DNA from: Amphiscolops sp. MND2022
Taxonomy: Eukaryota
Direction of reading: 5' to 3'
DNA length: 64,000 bases
Assembly: GCA_964187785.1 (NCBI GenBank)
Contig: OZ076409.1
Span: forward strand, 7,318,001 to 7,382,000
The notes under the pieces were generated by a model. It was given only the letters and a program-made list of their open reading frames with translations, was not told the origin of the DNA and made no database searches. The stretch's first letter is position 1. Each line of letters starts with the position of its first letter. Below are positions 43,502-55,783 of the stretch, in pieces. The translations under genes were made by a program, and so were the position numbers.

Positions 43502-43760
43502 GGGAGCGTGGTGTAGTGGTTAGAGCATTCGTCCTGTATTGGGCGGTAACAGGTTTGAATCTCTATCAAGTCACCATTGTTGGTCCTCAAGCAAGTCCTT
43601 CATCTCTAGCTTAGTGGTATGGTCAACGACAAAAAATTACGCATTTGGCGGAGAAAAGCAAAACAAAAAGAGCAACTTTGAGCAGGCAGACCTTGTGCAA
43701 GTAACTTTGAAGGCACAGTTTCAAGTCCGACATTGCAAGGTCAACCATGGAACTGTATAG
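43502..43760 (+). mobile_element. tRNA-derived SINE
   Basis: A-box tggtgtagtgg, B-box ggtttgaatc, tRNA-like head ending cacca; similar to 50711-50960. Confidence 0.75.
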
Positions 43761-44299
43761 AAATCTCATGAATTTGGATCCTATTTGGGTTTCTATCAAA
43801 TAAGAGTAACTCACATCCCTCGGCGACTTCTTCCAACTCATTGGCAGTGTGTTGTCTGTTCCTAAAATTCGATGAAATGGACAAAAAAAACAGAATAAAT
43901 GTTTCCTTTTAGAGGCAACTTTCTACAGATAACCATATGCTCACTATTTGCTAGTATTAAACTCAGTATAATCATCCAACAAGTGACTAAAAGATGGAGA
44001 TCGTGGAGATTTGGCAGAATTTGGAAACAAAACGCAATACAGATTATGATTTTCTTCCCCCATTATAAGTGGGGGGAAAATACAAACAGCTCCATTCATT
44101 TATTTTCTAGATGTCAGAAAAAAATATAATCGAATTTTTTCAAATATAATTGGTTCTTTTGGTGCTTTTCTTTTCTTAAGTATGTTTGATCTATTGACGT
44201 AAGTTTTGTCAGTGACAATTTGTGAATATAATTTTAACATACAGAAAACATTACGGTTTCAAAAATTGGAAACTTCATTCAGTGTATCCAAGAGGACAA

Positions 44300-44935
44300 C
44301 CCATGTTGAGAATCTGTACAGATCTGTGAGCCTTTTTTCCTTCAGGATCTGTAAAGATCGTGCGACTGATACGTAACGACAACTGCAGATCTGCAAGGAT
44401 CTTTACAGATGCTTAATTTCGTGTAGAGGTTTTTCAAAAAAATTTGTGCGGAGCTTCTGGGAAACAATGTATTTGCTTTTTTTGGCTTCTTCAACTAATT
44501 TAACAAATATTTCAGCTGACCGAGGCTCAGTCAGCTGAAACTCTCCAACACTCAAAAGTCTCGAATAAGCTTGTCCCCAACACGGAAATTTTGGTATCTG
44601 GGGAATGTTAGCTATTGGTACAACAGGGAAATTTATCCATTTCACTTGAACTTCCCAGAAGTGGTTGTTCAATTTTGAGAGGCTCATTTGACATATTCAC
44701 ATCGTTTCGGGGGATGAAATCGGACATGTGACCACCGTCTGTGTTGATAAAGTGCTGCTGTTGTAATATTCTGGGAACATGTTTTGCTGGAGTAGTTTTA
44801 GTAATTGCTGGAAACTTCCAATACGTTATAGTAATTTATTGGTCATTTGCGTATGGTTAATTTTGACAAATCCTGAAACATCTGTGAGGATATGTACAGA
44901 TCTGTACAGATTCGCAGGGAAAACTCAACATTGGG
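44300..44935. mobile_element. Putative non-autonomous TIR element (CCC..GGG ends, subterminal acagatctgt repeats)
   Basis: Left cccatgttgagaatctgtacagatctgt; right acagatctgtacagattc..ctcaacattggg; AA on both flanks. Confidence 0.5.
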
Positions 44936-45236
44936 AAAGCTCATACTGTCATCAAAAGGTCTTATCGAGAAACTGCACCAATTAATAATTTTTTTTAAAA
45001 TCGAGTTTTAGAAAAATTCTGCAATATGAAAAAATCAAGTGCAAAGATTTACTCCCAAATTGAACTTTTCTTAGTTGGAGTAATGAAACTATTTTAAACT
45101 TTCGCCTCTGAAATAATTACGTTATACGCCTAGTATCAATTGGCTAATGGGGGATAATTTGTTTCTCAAATTGGCGTTCCCACATCAATTCTACCAACAG
45201 CAACAAAACTGGGCGCATCTGTAATTTTTTTTTCAC

Positions 45237-45372
45237 CTGAGATCTCCAGCAGTTGAGGTTTCTCGTGTATCTTCCAGATAATCCTCTGACCAGTTTTTGT
45301 TGGTAGGAAACATTAGAATCGGCTGTTTGTCTTGACCTCTGGCTTTGGCCAGTGCTAGTTGCCTTTCTGCGT
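45237..45372 (-). CDS. Candidate exon (136 nt, phase 1-2) of a host gene
   Basis: Acceptor ttttttcaacag; open frame AERQLALAKARGQDKQP...GDL; donor ag/gtgaaa. Confidence 0.33.
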
Positions 45373-46629
45373 CTGTTGAAAAAAAACGGACTTGATTTAA
45401 CTTGATATGAAAACTACACGTTGATTGGTTCAAGTAGAGACTGCTCTAAACTGTAACAAATGTGGGCTGACACAACTTTGTAGTTACAAGTCAGTGGTTT
45501 TCGGCAACATAGTTTTAAACCTCTCTTTCACTGACTTACCGTGGAATCCGTGGAAGCAAATAGTGGAAATATATACTTTGCATGTAATGTATACGCTGCG
45601 AAGTAAGTTTAGTTTACTGTTCCAGACACTAGCCAGAAGAATGGTGCATTCAAAATTGCGTGCAGTGGATTTTTCGGAACTGTCGACAACGCAAATGTCT
45701 TTAGTGTACTCCGCATTGTCAAACTTGCCTTTTTTGCGAATCGGTCCTTTTCCAAAACGGATGTATGAAATATAGCCAAACACGATTCGTATTGTAGCCG
45801 AATAGACTTGTATTCTCGATTGTAATTGGCCGAACCAATTGAGACCGAAGCTTCAATTTCGTAACTATTTGTAACAATCGAATACAGTCAGAAGAAGCTT
45901 GAGTTAATGCACGTAGATTCGGTTATAACCTCAAGTAGCTAAAATCATGTTCGACCAAAATCACGATTACCATGATAAACTACTGGGGGGACGTTGCGCA
46001 AATTTACTGCGAATTGATTTCTCTCATTAATCCAAGGTAGCAAAAAAGTTTTGAAAAAACGCTTCTTAACTATTCATAAACCGCCTTTCTATTTGTTTAC
46101 CGCTGAAGGTGTTAACTAGCACCTTTCGGCAGTTTTTTGTCCCTCGTTGATGCTCGGCTTATGGTGAAGCCAATAAAACCGGGACGACCAATTTTGTTGC
46201 GTTAGATTCCTAGCTTCAACAGTTTTGTTCACAATCATGGCCTGCGATAGCTTTTCCCCTCATTACCTACTGAATAGAGTTGATTCATGCTTACAGAATT
46301 AGAGAATTGTGATCAACTTTTTAGTGAAAATACTTTGGGTGGTTGTATTTCTTTCAAATGGGCACGGAATCCGTTTTCACCAGTTTTCTTTCACTGTCAT
46401 TTCTATGGAATCTAATAATGATGATGAAACATTAAAAGTGAGAAGGACTCTGATATTTGCAAAACAAAAAACTTTCAAGCAATGTTACATACTTAATATA
46501 CAGACTTCCGAGCATTGCTGTGGAAATTGTTATCGCTTGCCTGAGCCCATCTTCTTGAAGTTTAGGCTCATTTTAATAAGAATGAGAAAAGGAAGACTTT
46601 TTTAAATTTTCAAGACCGACGAACTAATA

Positions 46630-47243
46630 GATTTTATAAGTTTTATAAGCTGTTGCTTAGTAACTTGTAACTTCTACTGCCACTTGGCACAGAGTTTATT
46701 CCTGATTTTTTGAGGTCTGAGAAGCAGAATGACCTGGGTTCGAGTCTTGTACTTGTCAAAATTTTTTGAGACTTTTTTTCGAAACTTTTTTGATTTCTCC
46801 GAAGGGTCCCCTTCATCTTTTTGACATTTTGTAACAAATTGGATTTTTAAAAAGCCCAAAAAGTGTCCCCTTTTTATAATTATCGGCATTGTGAGATTTT
46901 TCAGAATGAATAATTTCCGTCCTAAAATTAGGTTTCTTCAGCACCCTTTATCCGATTTTTGTTTTTTTTTCGAGACCGTCGTATATTCATTTTATGGGAC
47001 TTTTTCTTCGAATTCGTTTTATCGAAGCCCTCTCGATTTTTACTCGAATCGAAACGTTGGAACATTTTTTGAAAAACGGCCGAATATCATGTTGGTTTTC
47101 GCGTTTTATGCGTACGACTTCGGCTAATTTTCGGCTCTGTAAAACTGATAAATAGTTAACAATAGATTTCTTTTGCATATTCAAAAAAACTTTACTCTTC
47201 CGAACCTTGAGCGGGGCGCCGACTTCGGCCGTTCCCGGATTGT
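46630..47243 (+). mobile_element. 5'-truncated HINE-family copy
   Basis: Internal gggtcccc/ttttcggca modules shared with the other copies; 3' end ggcgccgacttcggccgttcccggattgt. Confidence 0.65.
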
Positions 47244-47797
47244 CAACCTTAGGTCTGGGGGAAAAACGAGAAGAGAAGGAAAAAACAGCGTTAGAAACAA
47301 GAATCGGGACTAAACCCTTCTGTGCATTGACAAAAAGCTGCATACACGCCACAGTTTTGACATCGCTAATTAGCGATCCAGCGCTTTCAGCAATTTTCGG
47401 CCTTTTAATTAATTATAATTAGCAACCATTGTCCCAATTCCAAGTTTCCCATTAGTAAAGGTCACAGCCCTACTGCTGTGTGGTGTTAGGTGAGCAGCGA
47501 TATTTACGCAGATCAGAAACTTTCGAGACTCGTAAATTAAAACTGCTCATTTGCTTAACGAAAATATAAATCATTGCCTTTCATCAATACCCTCAAATTT
47601 ATCTTTACTTTCACAGTTTTACGGAAGAATTACTACAATGACGTAAATGTACAGCATTAGAGTCTAGCTCAATTGGACGACCGCTCAACTAACGGATTGA
47701 TCAATTGGAAGACTATAAGTTGTTTCTGAAATGGGTACCGTGCAACTGGCCGACTGTTCAATTGGAAGAATGTGCAACTAGCCGAATGCGTGAATAG

Positions 47798-48677
47798 AAA
47801 ATTACGATAACGTAGTCAGATATGTTCACATACTCCTAGTGCCCTAAATGCAGGAGCGAAGCGAAGCGGAGCGACTTGCCATACGGCCATGCCTCAATGT
47901 TGCTACATGGCGAAGGGAGCGAAGCGACCGAGCCATACAACAAATATGCTAACCACTTCAAATAACAACCTAAAAATAATCGCTGATATGGAATTTTTCG
48001 ACGCGTTTTTCGAACGTTGTTTATATTCCGACAAGATGATGAAATTTCCGAAACCGTCTCGTATTTCCATTAACCAATCAAATTCTCCGACAAGATGATG
48101 AAATTACCGAAACCGTTTCGTATTTCCAATAACCAATCAAATTCAATTTCATCATTCAATCAGTCGGTCAGTTGCGCTTTCGTTCAGTTGATCAGTCGGC
48201 CAGTTGAAGTAGACTCTTCTGAAATATTATTGGTTGATTCATCTTCGCTGACAGACTCCGATTACGTAATCATTACAAGTTGTGAGCGGAACTGAAAATG
48301 GAATGCGTGCAAAATCGATCAATTGCACGCACAGTCGTCTAACTGAGCGGTCGTCCGATTGAACGGTTCCCACAGCATTATGCAATAATTGGGTGTTTGG
48401 TGCAACTTCAATTCGTCGAACATTCAACTTGATTTGAAATCGTCGAAAAATGGAAAGCTATTCAATGCGTCGAAAGAATTCCATATCAGCGAATATTTTC
48501 ATTTGGTTATATTTTGCGGCGAATAACATATTTGTTGTATGGCTCGGTCGCTTCGCTCCCTTCGCCAAGTAGCAACATTGAGGCATGGCCATATGGCACG
48601 TCGCTCCGCTTCGCTTCGCTCCTGCATTTAGGGCACTAGGGGTATGTGAACATATCTGACTACGTTATCGTAATTTT
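47798..48677. mobile_element. Foldback/MITE-like element with ~210-bp terminal inverted repeats
   Basis: aaaattacgataacgtagtcagatatgttcacat...gagccatacaacaaatatg is mirrored at about 48465-48677 with few mismatches. Confidence 0.85.
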
Positions 48678-48796
48678 GAATGCTCGAATTTTATTGGCCG
48701 AAATCAATTCATTCCATTACGTCATACCATGGTCGCTAAATTAATACGTGTTCGACGAATTGAATGTTCGATGGGTGTTTATTCGTAAACGATGTA

Positions 48797-48974
48797 CAGT
48801 AAACCCTCGATTATCCGCCACCATCGGTCCAGCGCGAATTATGGCGGATAAGTGAGAGTGGCGGTTAATCAAGGGAGCTTAGACACGGGTGGTATAGCAA
48901 AATGTCCCCGTAGATTTGTGGCGGTTGACCAAAGGTGGCGGATAATCGAGTGGCGGATAATCGAGGGTTTACTG
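48797..48974. mobile_element. pogo/Tc1-mariner-type MITE (178 bp)
   Basis: Perfect 25-bp TIRs cagtaaaccctcgattatccgccac / gtggcggataatcgagggtttactg; TA on both sides. Confidence 0.9.
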
Positions 48975-50213
48975 TAATAAATTTGTCTATGCACATCTGT
49001 GCATTTTGGTGAAATACATGTATCTTCATTGAGATTTTATGTAGAATCTGTATTTCCCAACTAGGTGAAGAAATTGAGGTGGATTATTATACAATTTGTA
49101 GTAGAACGTCAAGTGTGCACAGTAGAACGTTGTGACGTAACCTTAATGTATAGATGTAATTTCATATGAACACACAGTTATTCTGATTTATAACTTCAGC
49201 GCGAAATAAACGAACATTGTTTAGGGTTTACACATGATAAATGTCTCCCTTTGAATCGTTCAATTCAAACATTTTTTCACGCCAATCTTTTTTTTCGCCA
49301 GGCTTATGATGTGAATTAAAAGAAACAGAAGGTCTAAAAGGACTGATTGCTCTTCACCAGAAAGAGACGATGAGAGCTTGAGCTCATGCAAGGTGGACGA
49401 AACACAAGATATTGAATCGTTCGTTATTATTGATAACCAATCTGGAGATTTGGGTGGAATTAGTTTAGATACACAGCGTATACGAATAGATCCACATAAG
49501 TTTAGATCCACAACCCAAACAAACCACGATTACAGGCGCGGAGTCAGACTTTCGAAGAAAGAAATTACGAAACGATTGGAAGAATGAGACTTGAGGTAGA
49601 AGACACAACTTGAATCAACATTGATGGTGATGAGATCGAATAATTGTGCATGCACGATGACACGTTTAGAATCAGAAGTGAATTGTATGCATAATGCAGG
49701 TCCTTTGAAATTAAAAATTGAGCAGTCTAACGGAGTTCACGCATCAGAAAACGAAATTGTACACTCAGTAATTGAAGATTTTTCCTTTCTATTCTTCTGA
49801 AATGAACGAACTTCTACAATCGGTAAAACCCATGGCACATAAATAACCAGATTTAGACGATACCTTAATTGTTAATGACTGCGCGGAGGAGAATCATCGC
49901 AGGGAGTTTCAAATTGAGTTTCGAAAAATTTAATCACTTACCCTTGTAAACCACTGACAATATGAAAAATGTTAGACTATATGAAAAAGTTTCTTGCAAC
50001 AACTGAATTGAGTTTTTATTCAATTTTACGACTTACTTGAAGTCAAATAATATCAATTTGAAAAAAAATTTCAGCGAAATAGCGATATCAGAAGTAGCGG
50101 TTTAGGCTATTAGCGAAAGAAAATAGCGATGTCAAAACTGATACACACCAAACGAGCTGGTACATGTCAAAAACTGAAAATGGTTTTATCGAATTTTTGA
50201 CATGATATCGTTG

Positions 50214-50381
50214 GCAAGAACCATGACAAACCATGGTTATCTTATCAAGATCTTGCCACGATCATGACAAGCGTTCCATGTATCATGATTTGCCATGGTC
50301 TTGACAAGGGTACCATGGTTAACCATGATTTAGCCAGATTACCCATGACCATGGCAAGCGTCCATGGCTTCAAACACTGGG
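50214..50381. repeat. Short-period ccatga/caag repeat, probably the end of a non-autonomous TIR element
   Basis: Repeated ccatg/catga units ending in aaacactggg. Confidence 0.5.
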
Positions 50382-50434
50382 CAAGATCCTGTGTGAGATC
50401 CAGATGATGCCAGAAAGACGGATCGGAGACTAAC

Positions 50435-50671
50435 TTCTCTGGCTCAAGGATCTCATCCTGTTCCTCTTGGCGCGGCCACTCTGGTTCTGCTCTGGCTCGA
50501 AGAAGGGACTCTCGTTCTCGTCTGCACTCACACCCCTCTCTTCCCGGATGGACGGCAGGGTTCTCTCGCCCGTTACCTCTCTCGTGAAGGTCAAGTTCCC
50601 TGTGCTGTTCACTGATGACGTCATCGGTTGGGGCGGCACTTGGAGTTCTTCAACGGTCTCGCCTTCACTGC
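50435..50671 (-). CDS. Candidate internal exon (237 nt, phase 1-1) of a host gene
   Basis: Acceptor ctctttcgaag; open frame SEGETVEELQVPPQP...RMRSLSQR; donor gttagt; clearly GC-rich compared with the flanks. Confidence 0.5.
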
Positions 50672-50710
50672 CTTCGAAAGAGTGAGAACTTTATAACAAG
50701 ACTAACTATT

Positions 50711-50960
50711 GGGAGCATGGCGTAGTGGTTAGAGCATTCGGCCTGTACTGGGATGGTATCAGGTTCGAATCTCTCTCAGCTCACCATTGTTGGGCCTTAA
50801 GCAAGTCCTTCGTCCCTAGTTTAGTGGATGGTCAAGACAAAAAAAAAGGATTTGGCGGAGAAAAGCAAAAATAAAAAGAGCAACGGTGAGCAGTCATACC
50901 TTTGTGACCTTGAGCAAGTCACTTTGAAACCACGGCTTCAAGTCCACCATTACTTGACCA
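50711..50960 (+). mobile_element. tRNA-derived SINE with a CORE-like motif
   Basis: A-box tggcgtagtgg, B-box ggttcgaatc, ctcacca, then tgtgaccttgagcaagtcactt. Confidence 0.78.
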
Positions 50961-52129
50961 CTTGGCTGCAAATATGGTACCATAGATTGCTATGGGGAGA
51001 TAGTATGCGAAAAGGCGCCGACTTAGAAAAGCAGAACTGCTTATTCGGCGTCCATCCCGCGGAATTGGTGAAATTATATTTCTTTTACTTTCTTCTTCTA
51101 ACTAACTTCACCAATTCACTGGAAGCTTTCCCAACCCTGGTTGACAAAAAAATGCATTACAAATCTTGCAAGATCCTTGAAGGAATGCATTTTTTCCAAA
51201 CAGCGATGTCACAAAATTAGCTTTGGCTTAAATCTTAATCATTGTTCTATTTCTAATTATGTTTAAATTAAGAGGAGTCTGAATTACAGAGATCCATTTT
51301 CTAGACCAACTATTCTCGAAACAAAATCCTGTGGCCTCTAAAAACGCTTTTCAATGACTGAAATAATCCGAAAATATCATTTGGCAAATTTACCGAAAGA
51401 TATCGCACAGTTCCGAAAAACCCCTTTGCTACTTTTTAGCCTTGTTGATGTTTCCAATTAAGGTTCCGAGATATGAAATGGTCCGAGATACGTTTTAGAC
51501 TTGCTTCACGACGAAATTGAACCCGACAAAAAATTTAACAAAAAAGTTGCAACAAAAAGCGCTGACTAAAACAAAACAATAGGAAAAGATCTAAAGTCAA
51601 CGATCAGAAATTCTTTTCAAGCGCATTTATCCTAAATTTTGAGTATCAGTTCAGTTGCAATCCCTACATGGTAGCAATTCCGCAGGAGTTTACAGAAGTT
51701 TTTGATGCTATTCATGATTCATTTAGTCATTTCATTTTTTATGAGTTTTTCTCTACCTTTTACTTTTTTGGGCTTTTTAGCGTCAATTAACTGCGGAAAA
51801 ACGAAAAAAAAAGTCAAGTCACATGTATCATGCATGGAATTTACATGTACCATACAAGTACCATGCATGGAAGCATATGGTTTGTCTACACGGGATCGTC
51901 AATGCATCGAGGAGTCCAGCAGAGTTTTTTCACCTTCAATTTTTTAAACGTTTCGATCAACTTTACAAAAGGCCCCATTATCTGAGTTTATATGCTCTGT
52001 GGAAATTTCCAGTTTCCTTCAAAAGCACCTTGCGAATGTATAAAGACTATAAAAGTTTTCTATAGTTGAGCGCGACGCCCACTTAAAACGTTTGCATTTT
52101 GATCTTGTAGAAAATATTATATTGAATAA

Positions 52130-52570
52130 CTTTTAGCGGCGCTTTTCTAGGGAAAAGAGTCGACTATAGTCATGGCTTTTCGTCAGTTTTTTTAAGACCA
52201 CCTGAACTGACCAAAATAGTTCTACCAAAAGTTCTACAAAATTTCAAATTTCACCTGTTGGCCCAGGGAACAGAACCAAAAAGTTTACCGCATAACATAC
52301 AATGCCGGACGGGACCAAAAGGTCCCCCTTTCAGTTTTTTCGGCATTGCGAGACTTTTTGTCGGAAAGAAATTTCCCCTTCAATTTTTTTTGGTTTTGCG
52401 ACAGACTGGGTATAGAAAAATCCCAAAAGGTCCCCCCTTTCAAATTTTTTCGGCATTGAAACTTTTTCCATAAAAAGCTCCAAATTCACCGATACTTTGA
52501 CAATTTGAAGTCCTTTTGCTATTTTTGAGACTTAGATGTGGCGCCGACTTGGGCCGTTTCCGGCTTGTTT
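52130..52570 (+). mobile_element. HINE (non-autonomous Helentron)
   Basis: 5' ttttagcggcgcttttctagggaaaagagtcgactatagt; 3' ggcgccgacttgggccgtttccggcttgtt. Confidence 0.8.
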
Positions 52571-53034
52571 CTATTGAATGATGGTTTTTCAATAGAAGTC
52601 AAAAAATAAAAACTTACTTGACTTGCTGTTGACAATTTCTGGAGGTATGAACACTTTTTCTGGTGCTTGTTTGCTTCTCTTTCCTGTCCGACTCTTTGGT
52701 TTTGCATTTTTCGCCCGTTTCTGTTTAAAAAAATCAGATATAAGTTGCCCGTACTGACAACCCATGGTCACGCGCCAGTGGCCATCCATGAACCACCGAT
52801 GGCCACCGGCGGGAGAAAATTAGCTTACGTGGAGGCTTTCCCACCGGAAAATGAAAATTTCGTTCAAAATTTCTAGCAACTAAAAAATTCACTGCACGAA
52901 ATACCTTTAGATGTTATTCGCGCCCTTGACGCATCAAAGCGAAACAAAGTATGAAAATTATCGGGACCGGTTCTGAAGTATCTGTAAACCCTGTTTGCAG
53001 TTTCAGATCGTGTCCGAAAAACATTTTCCACTGG

Positions 53035-53280
53035 TTATCCAGTGAGTTTAGATATTACTCCAGTGATTTTTTGGGTGATTTCAGATCTTATCTTAGTGGT
53101 TTTTCTGGTAATTTTAGATCTTATTTCAGTGCTTTTTATCACTGATTTTATCTCATTTCTTCGGTTCTTCGGTAATTTTAGACTTAAACAAGTGACTTTT
53201 TCAGTGATTTTAGATCTTATTCCTGTGGTCTTTTCAGTGAGTTTAGATTTTATTCCAGTAGGTTTTGGGTAATTTTATAC
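53035..53280. repeat. Degenerate ~33-bp minisatellite
   Basis: Recurrent (c/g)agtgattttagatcttatt.cagtggttttt units. Confidence 0.65.
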
Positions 53281-53432
53281 ATTAAACGAGTTTTTTTAAC
53301 AAAATGAGATATAAAAGACAGTGGATATAAATCAGATATAAAAGACAGTGGATGAAAACAGAAACTGCATCTATTACACATTTTTTCATGTTCACAAGGA
53401 AATATTTATGATTTTACTTGAGAAATCGGACG

Positions 53433-53965
53433 TTTTTAGTCGGCGCTTTTCGAAGAAAAACGCAGACTATAGTAGTGACTTTTCTTTTTTTTAAGACCAA
53501 CCAACTGACAGATTTCATAAGCTTTATAAGCTGCGTCCACTAACTGCCACACTTGTACCTTCTACAGCCACTTAGTATAGAGGTTAATAAGGATAATTTC
53601 TGATGTCTGCCAAGCAGAAGGACGTGTGTTCGAGTCCCGCCCATGACCAAAACTTTTTTGTGCAGGTTTCTTTTGGCTTTGTGAAACTTTTTTCGCAACT
53701 TTTTTAAATGTCTCCAAAGGGTCCCCTTTAAATTTTTTCCATTTTGCAAAAAATGTATGTTCAAAAACTCCCAAGGAGCCTTTTTACATTTTTTGGCACT
53801 ATGCGACTTACCGGAGACTTCAAAAAAGTTCGAATAAAAATTTCGGAAAGTGTTTCATTTTTTTCTCATGCGGATACTGTAGAAGAAAATACTTGACACT
53901 TTGAAGTCCTGTTGCTATTTTTGAGCCTTAGATATGGCGCCGACTTGGCCCGTTCCCAGCTTGTT
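53433..53965 (+). mobile_element. HINE (non-autonomous Helentron) with an internal tRNA-like segment
   Basis: 5' tttttagtcggcgcttttcgaagaaaaacgcagactatagt; 3' atatggcgccgacttggcccgttcccagcttgtt. Confidence 0.8.
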
Positions 53966-54627
53966 CATTCTTTCATTGAAGTTGACTTCTCATCTCAGTA
54001 ATGTTCACTTTCCTCTTTTAGCACATTTCTAGCAACCCTAACGCCACACATTCTGAACGTTTTTCTTGAATAATATTGCAAACTGATGGATGATTTTATC
54101 TTATTATCGGTGATTAAAAAACAAGGTGCCCGCTAAGCACCGTGATATTTTCGACCACAAAAATTTCAGGCTTCAGCCCGGGTTCGAATCAACTACATCC
54201 TGTCTGCCAGGCGAACGTACTGCCTTTTGGGCCAAAGTGATTCAAGTATCCTCATACTCAATGGAGTAATAGAGTGAACTTTTGGCGAAATTTGGAAAAA
54301 CAAACGCTACACAGATGTTGATTTCCCTCCCCCTAGAAAATACAATGAATTGTGGGGGCAGAAAATAATAAAGCTCTCTCACCCCCCCCCCCTCTCCTCA
54401 CACACACTTTCAGAGAAAAAATATTCAACATAAAGCATAATATTTAGCTATATCGTTTAATGTTTCTTCAAAAATAACTTTTCCTTTGTTCTGTTTGTCA
54501 TGCCATGATGCATGTCCTCAAAGATTCTTTAAATTTGAAATAGCTTGAACTCCTAACCCAAGTAATCAGCAGATGTAATTCTATTTGAAAGCTAATTATT
54601 CTAGAAGAAACTTCATTTAATATATCC

Positions 54628-54903
54628 TGTAACAAGCGTCTTAGATTCATCCTGTTGCTGTCACATTGTTAATTGATGAATTCTACCCTAGTTAATAGAA
54701 TATATCTACTCGGAGAAATTGAGAATTCATCCTGACGATCTGTCTTCTATCCAGCACTTCAAGAACTGAGATCTCAGAAAAAGATTAGACTTAGAACTAG
54801 CTAGCTACCGGACTTGAAGTAAGACGACTTGGCTGTTAAAATCATAGACTTCTTATGTCGGTAATAAAACATCTTAAAGAAACAACAACCACACTTTTCA
54901 ACA
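54628..54903 (+). repeat. Probable 5' LTR of the third Gypsy element
   Basis: TGT..ACA ends, aataaa at about 54863, tggtgcgacc PBS-like motif at 54911, G-poor leader follows; the second LTR is not in the window. Confidence 0.45.
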
Positions 54904-55104
54904 GCTCAATTGGTGCGACCAAGAAAATTCTTCTTTCTCTCCCACTCATTTCACAAGTCTACAATTTTTGTACACCTTTTCTCGACTTTCTCATCAGATA
55001 TCTCTTTGTTCGACACACAGTTTCTCCACCTATCAATACCGCCTACCGTTATTAACTTCAACGTTGCAATCAATTTCTACTCGAAATTGATTCGTGTTGC
55101 TATG

Positions 55105-55234
55105 ATTCTGACTACGTCCTTCCACGTAATTCCTGTCAGTTACAATTCTTGGTTCTGACTGCGTTTCTTAACGTAATTCCTGTCAGTCATATTTCTTGGT
55201 TCTGACTACGTTTCTTCACGTAATTCCTGTCAGT
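55105..55234 (+). repeat. Three ~46-bp tandem repeats in the retroelement leader
   Basis: ttctgact(a/g)cgt.(c/t)tt..acgtaattcctgtcagt three times. Confidence 0.8.
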
Positions 55235-55583
55235 AAAAATTTTTTCGTTCAACCACCTCTGAGTGAATTCGTGTTGGCTTTCTCTCTTTCTTCCGTTCCA
55301 ACCGCAGACGTGCGATACCTGTTGGCCCTTCTACAGTGCTATCCAGCGATTCCTGCTAATAAAAATTCTTTGGTTCTAGGCGCTTGGATCAACTTCAAAG
55401 TTGGCACACCTATATAACATACATTTTACACATCCCCCTATTCTAATACTTCTTTCTCTCTTTCTCTTATAGTACACACACCATACAAAACTCTTTCACA
55501 GCTACTTTACGGATCCAAATACATAACAATTACAAATATATAACAAATATATCAAACAATTCTTTATATAACTCTCATTTTTC

Positions 55584-55783
55584 NNNNNNNNNNNNNNNNN
55601 NNNNNNNNNNNNNNNNNNNNNNNNNNNNNNNNNNNNNNNNNNNNNNNNNNNNNNNNNNNNNNNNNNNNNNNNNNNNNNNNNNNNNNNNNNNNNNNNNNNN
55701 NNNNNNNNNNNNNNNNNNNNNNNNNNNNNNNNNNNNNNNNNNNNNNNNNNNNNNNNNNNNNNNNNNNNNNNNNNNNNNNNNNN
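55584..55783. other. Assembly gap (200 N)
   Basis: Run of N. Confidence 1.

Noticed and set aside
43502..43577. Functional tRNA genes at 43502 and 50711
   Set aside because: Stems pair poorly, CCA is encoded, and both continue into a shared SINE body.
40723..54000. Numerous 60-130 aa Phe/Lys-rich ORFs
   Set aside because: They derive from AT-rich HINE, MITE and SINE sequence and show no protein-like features.
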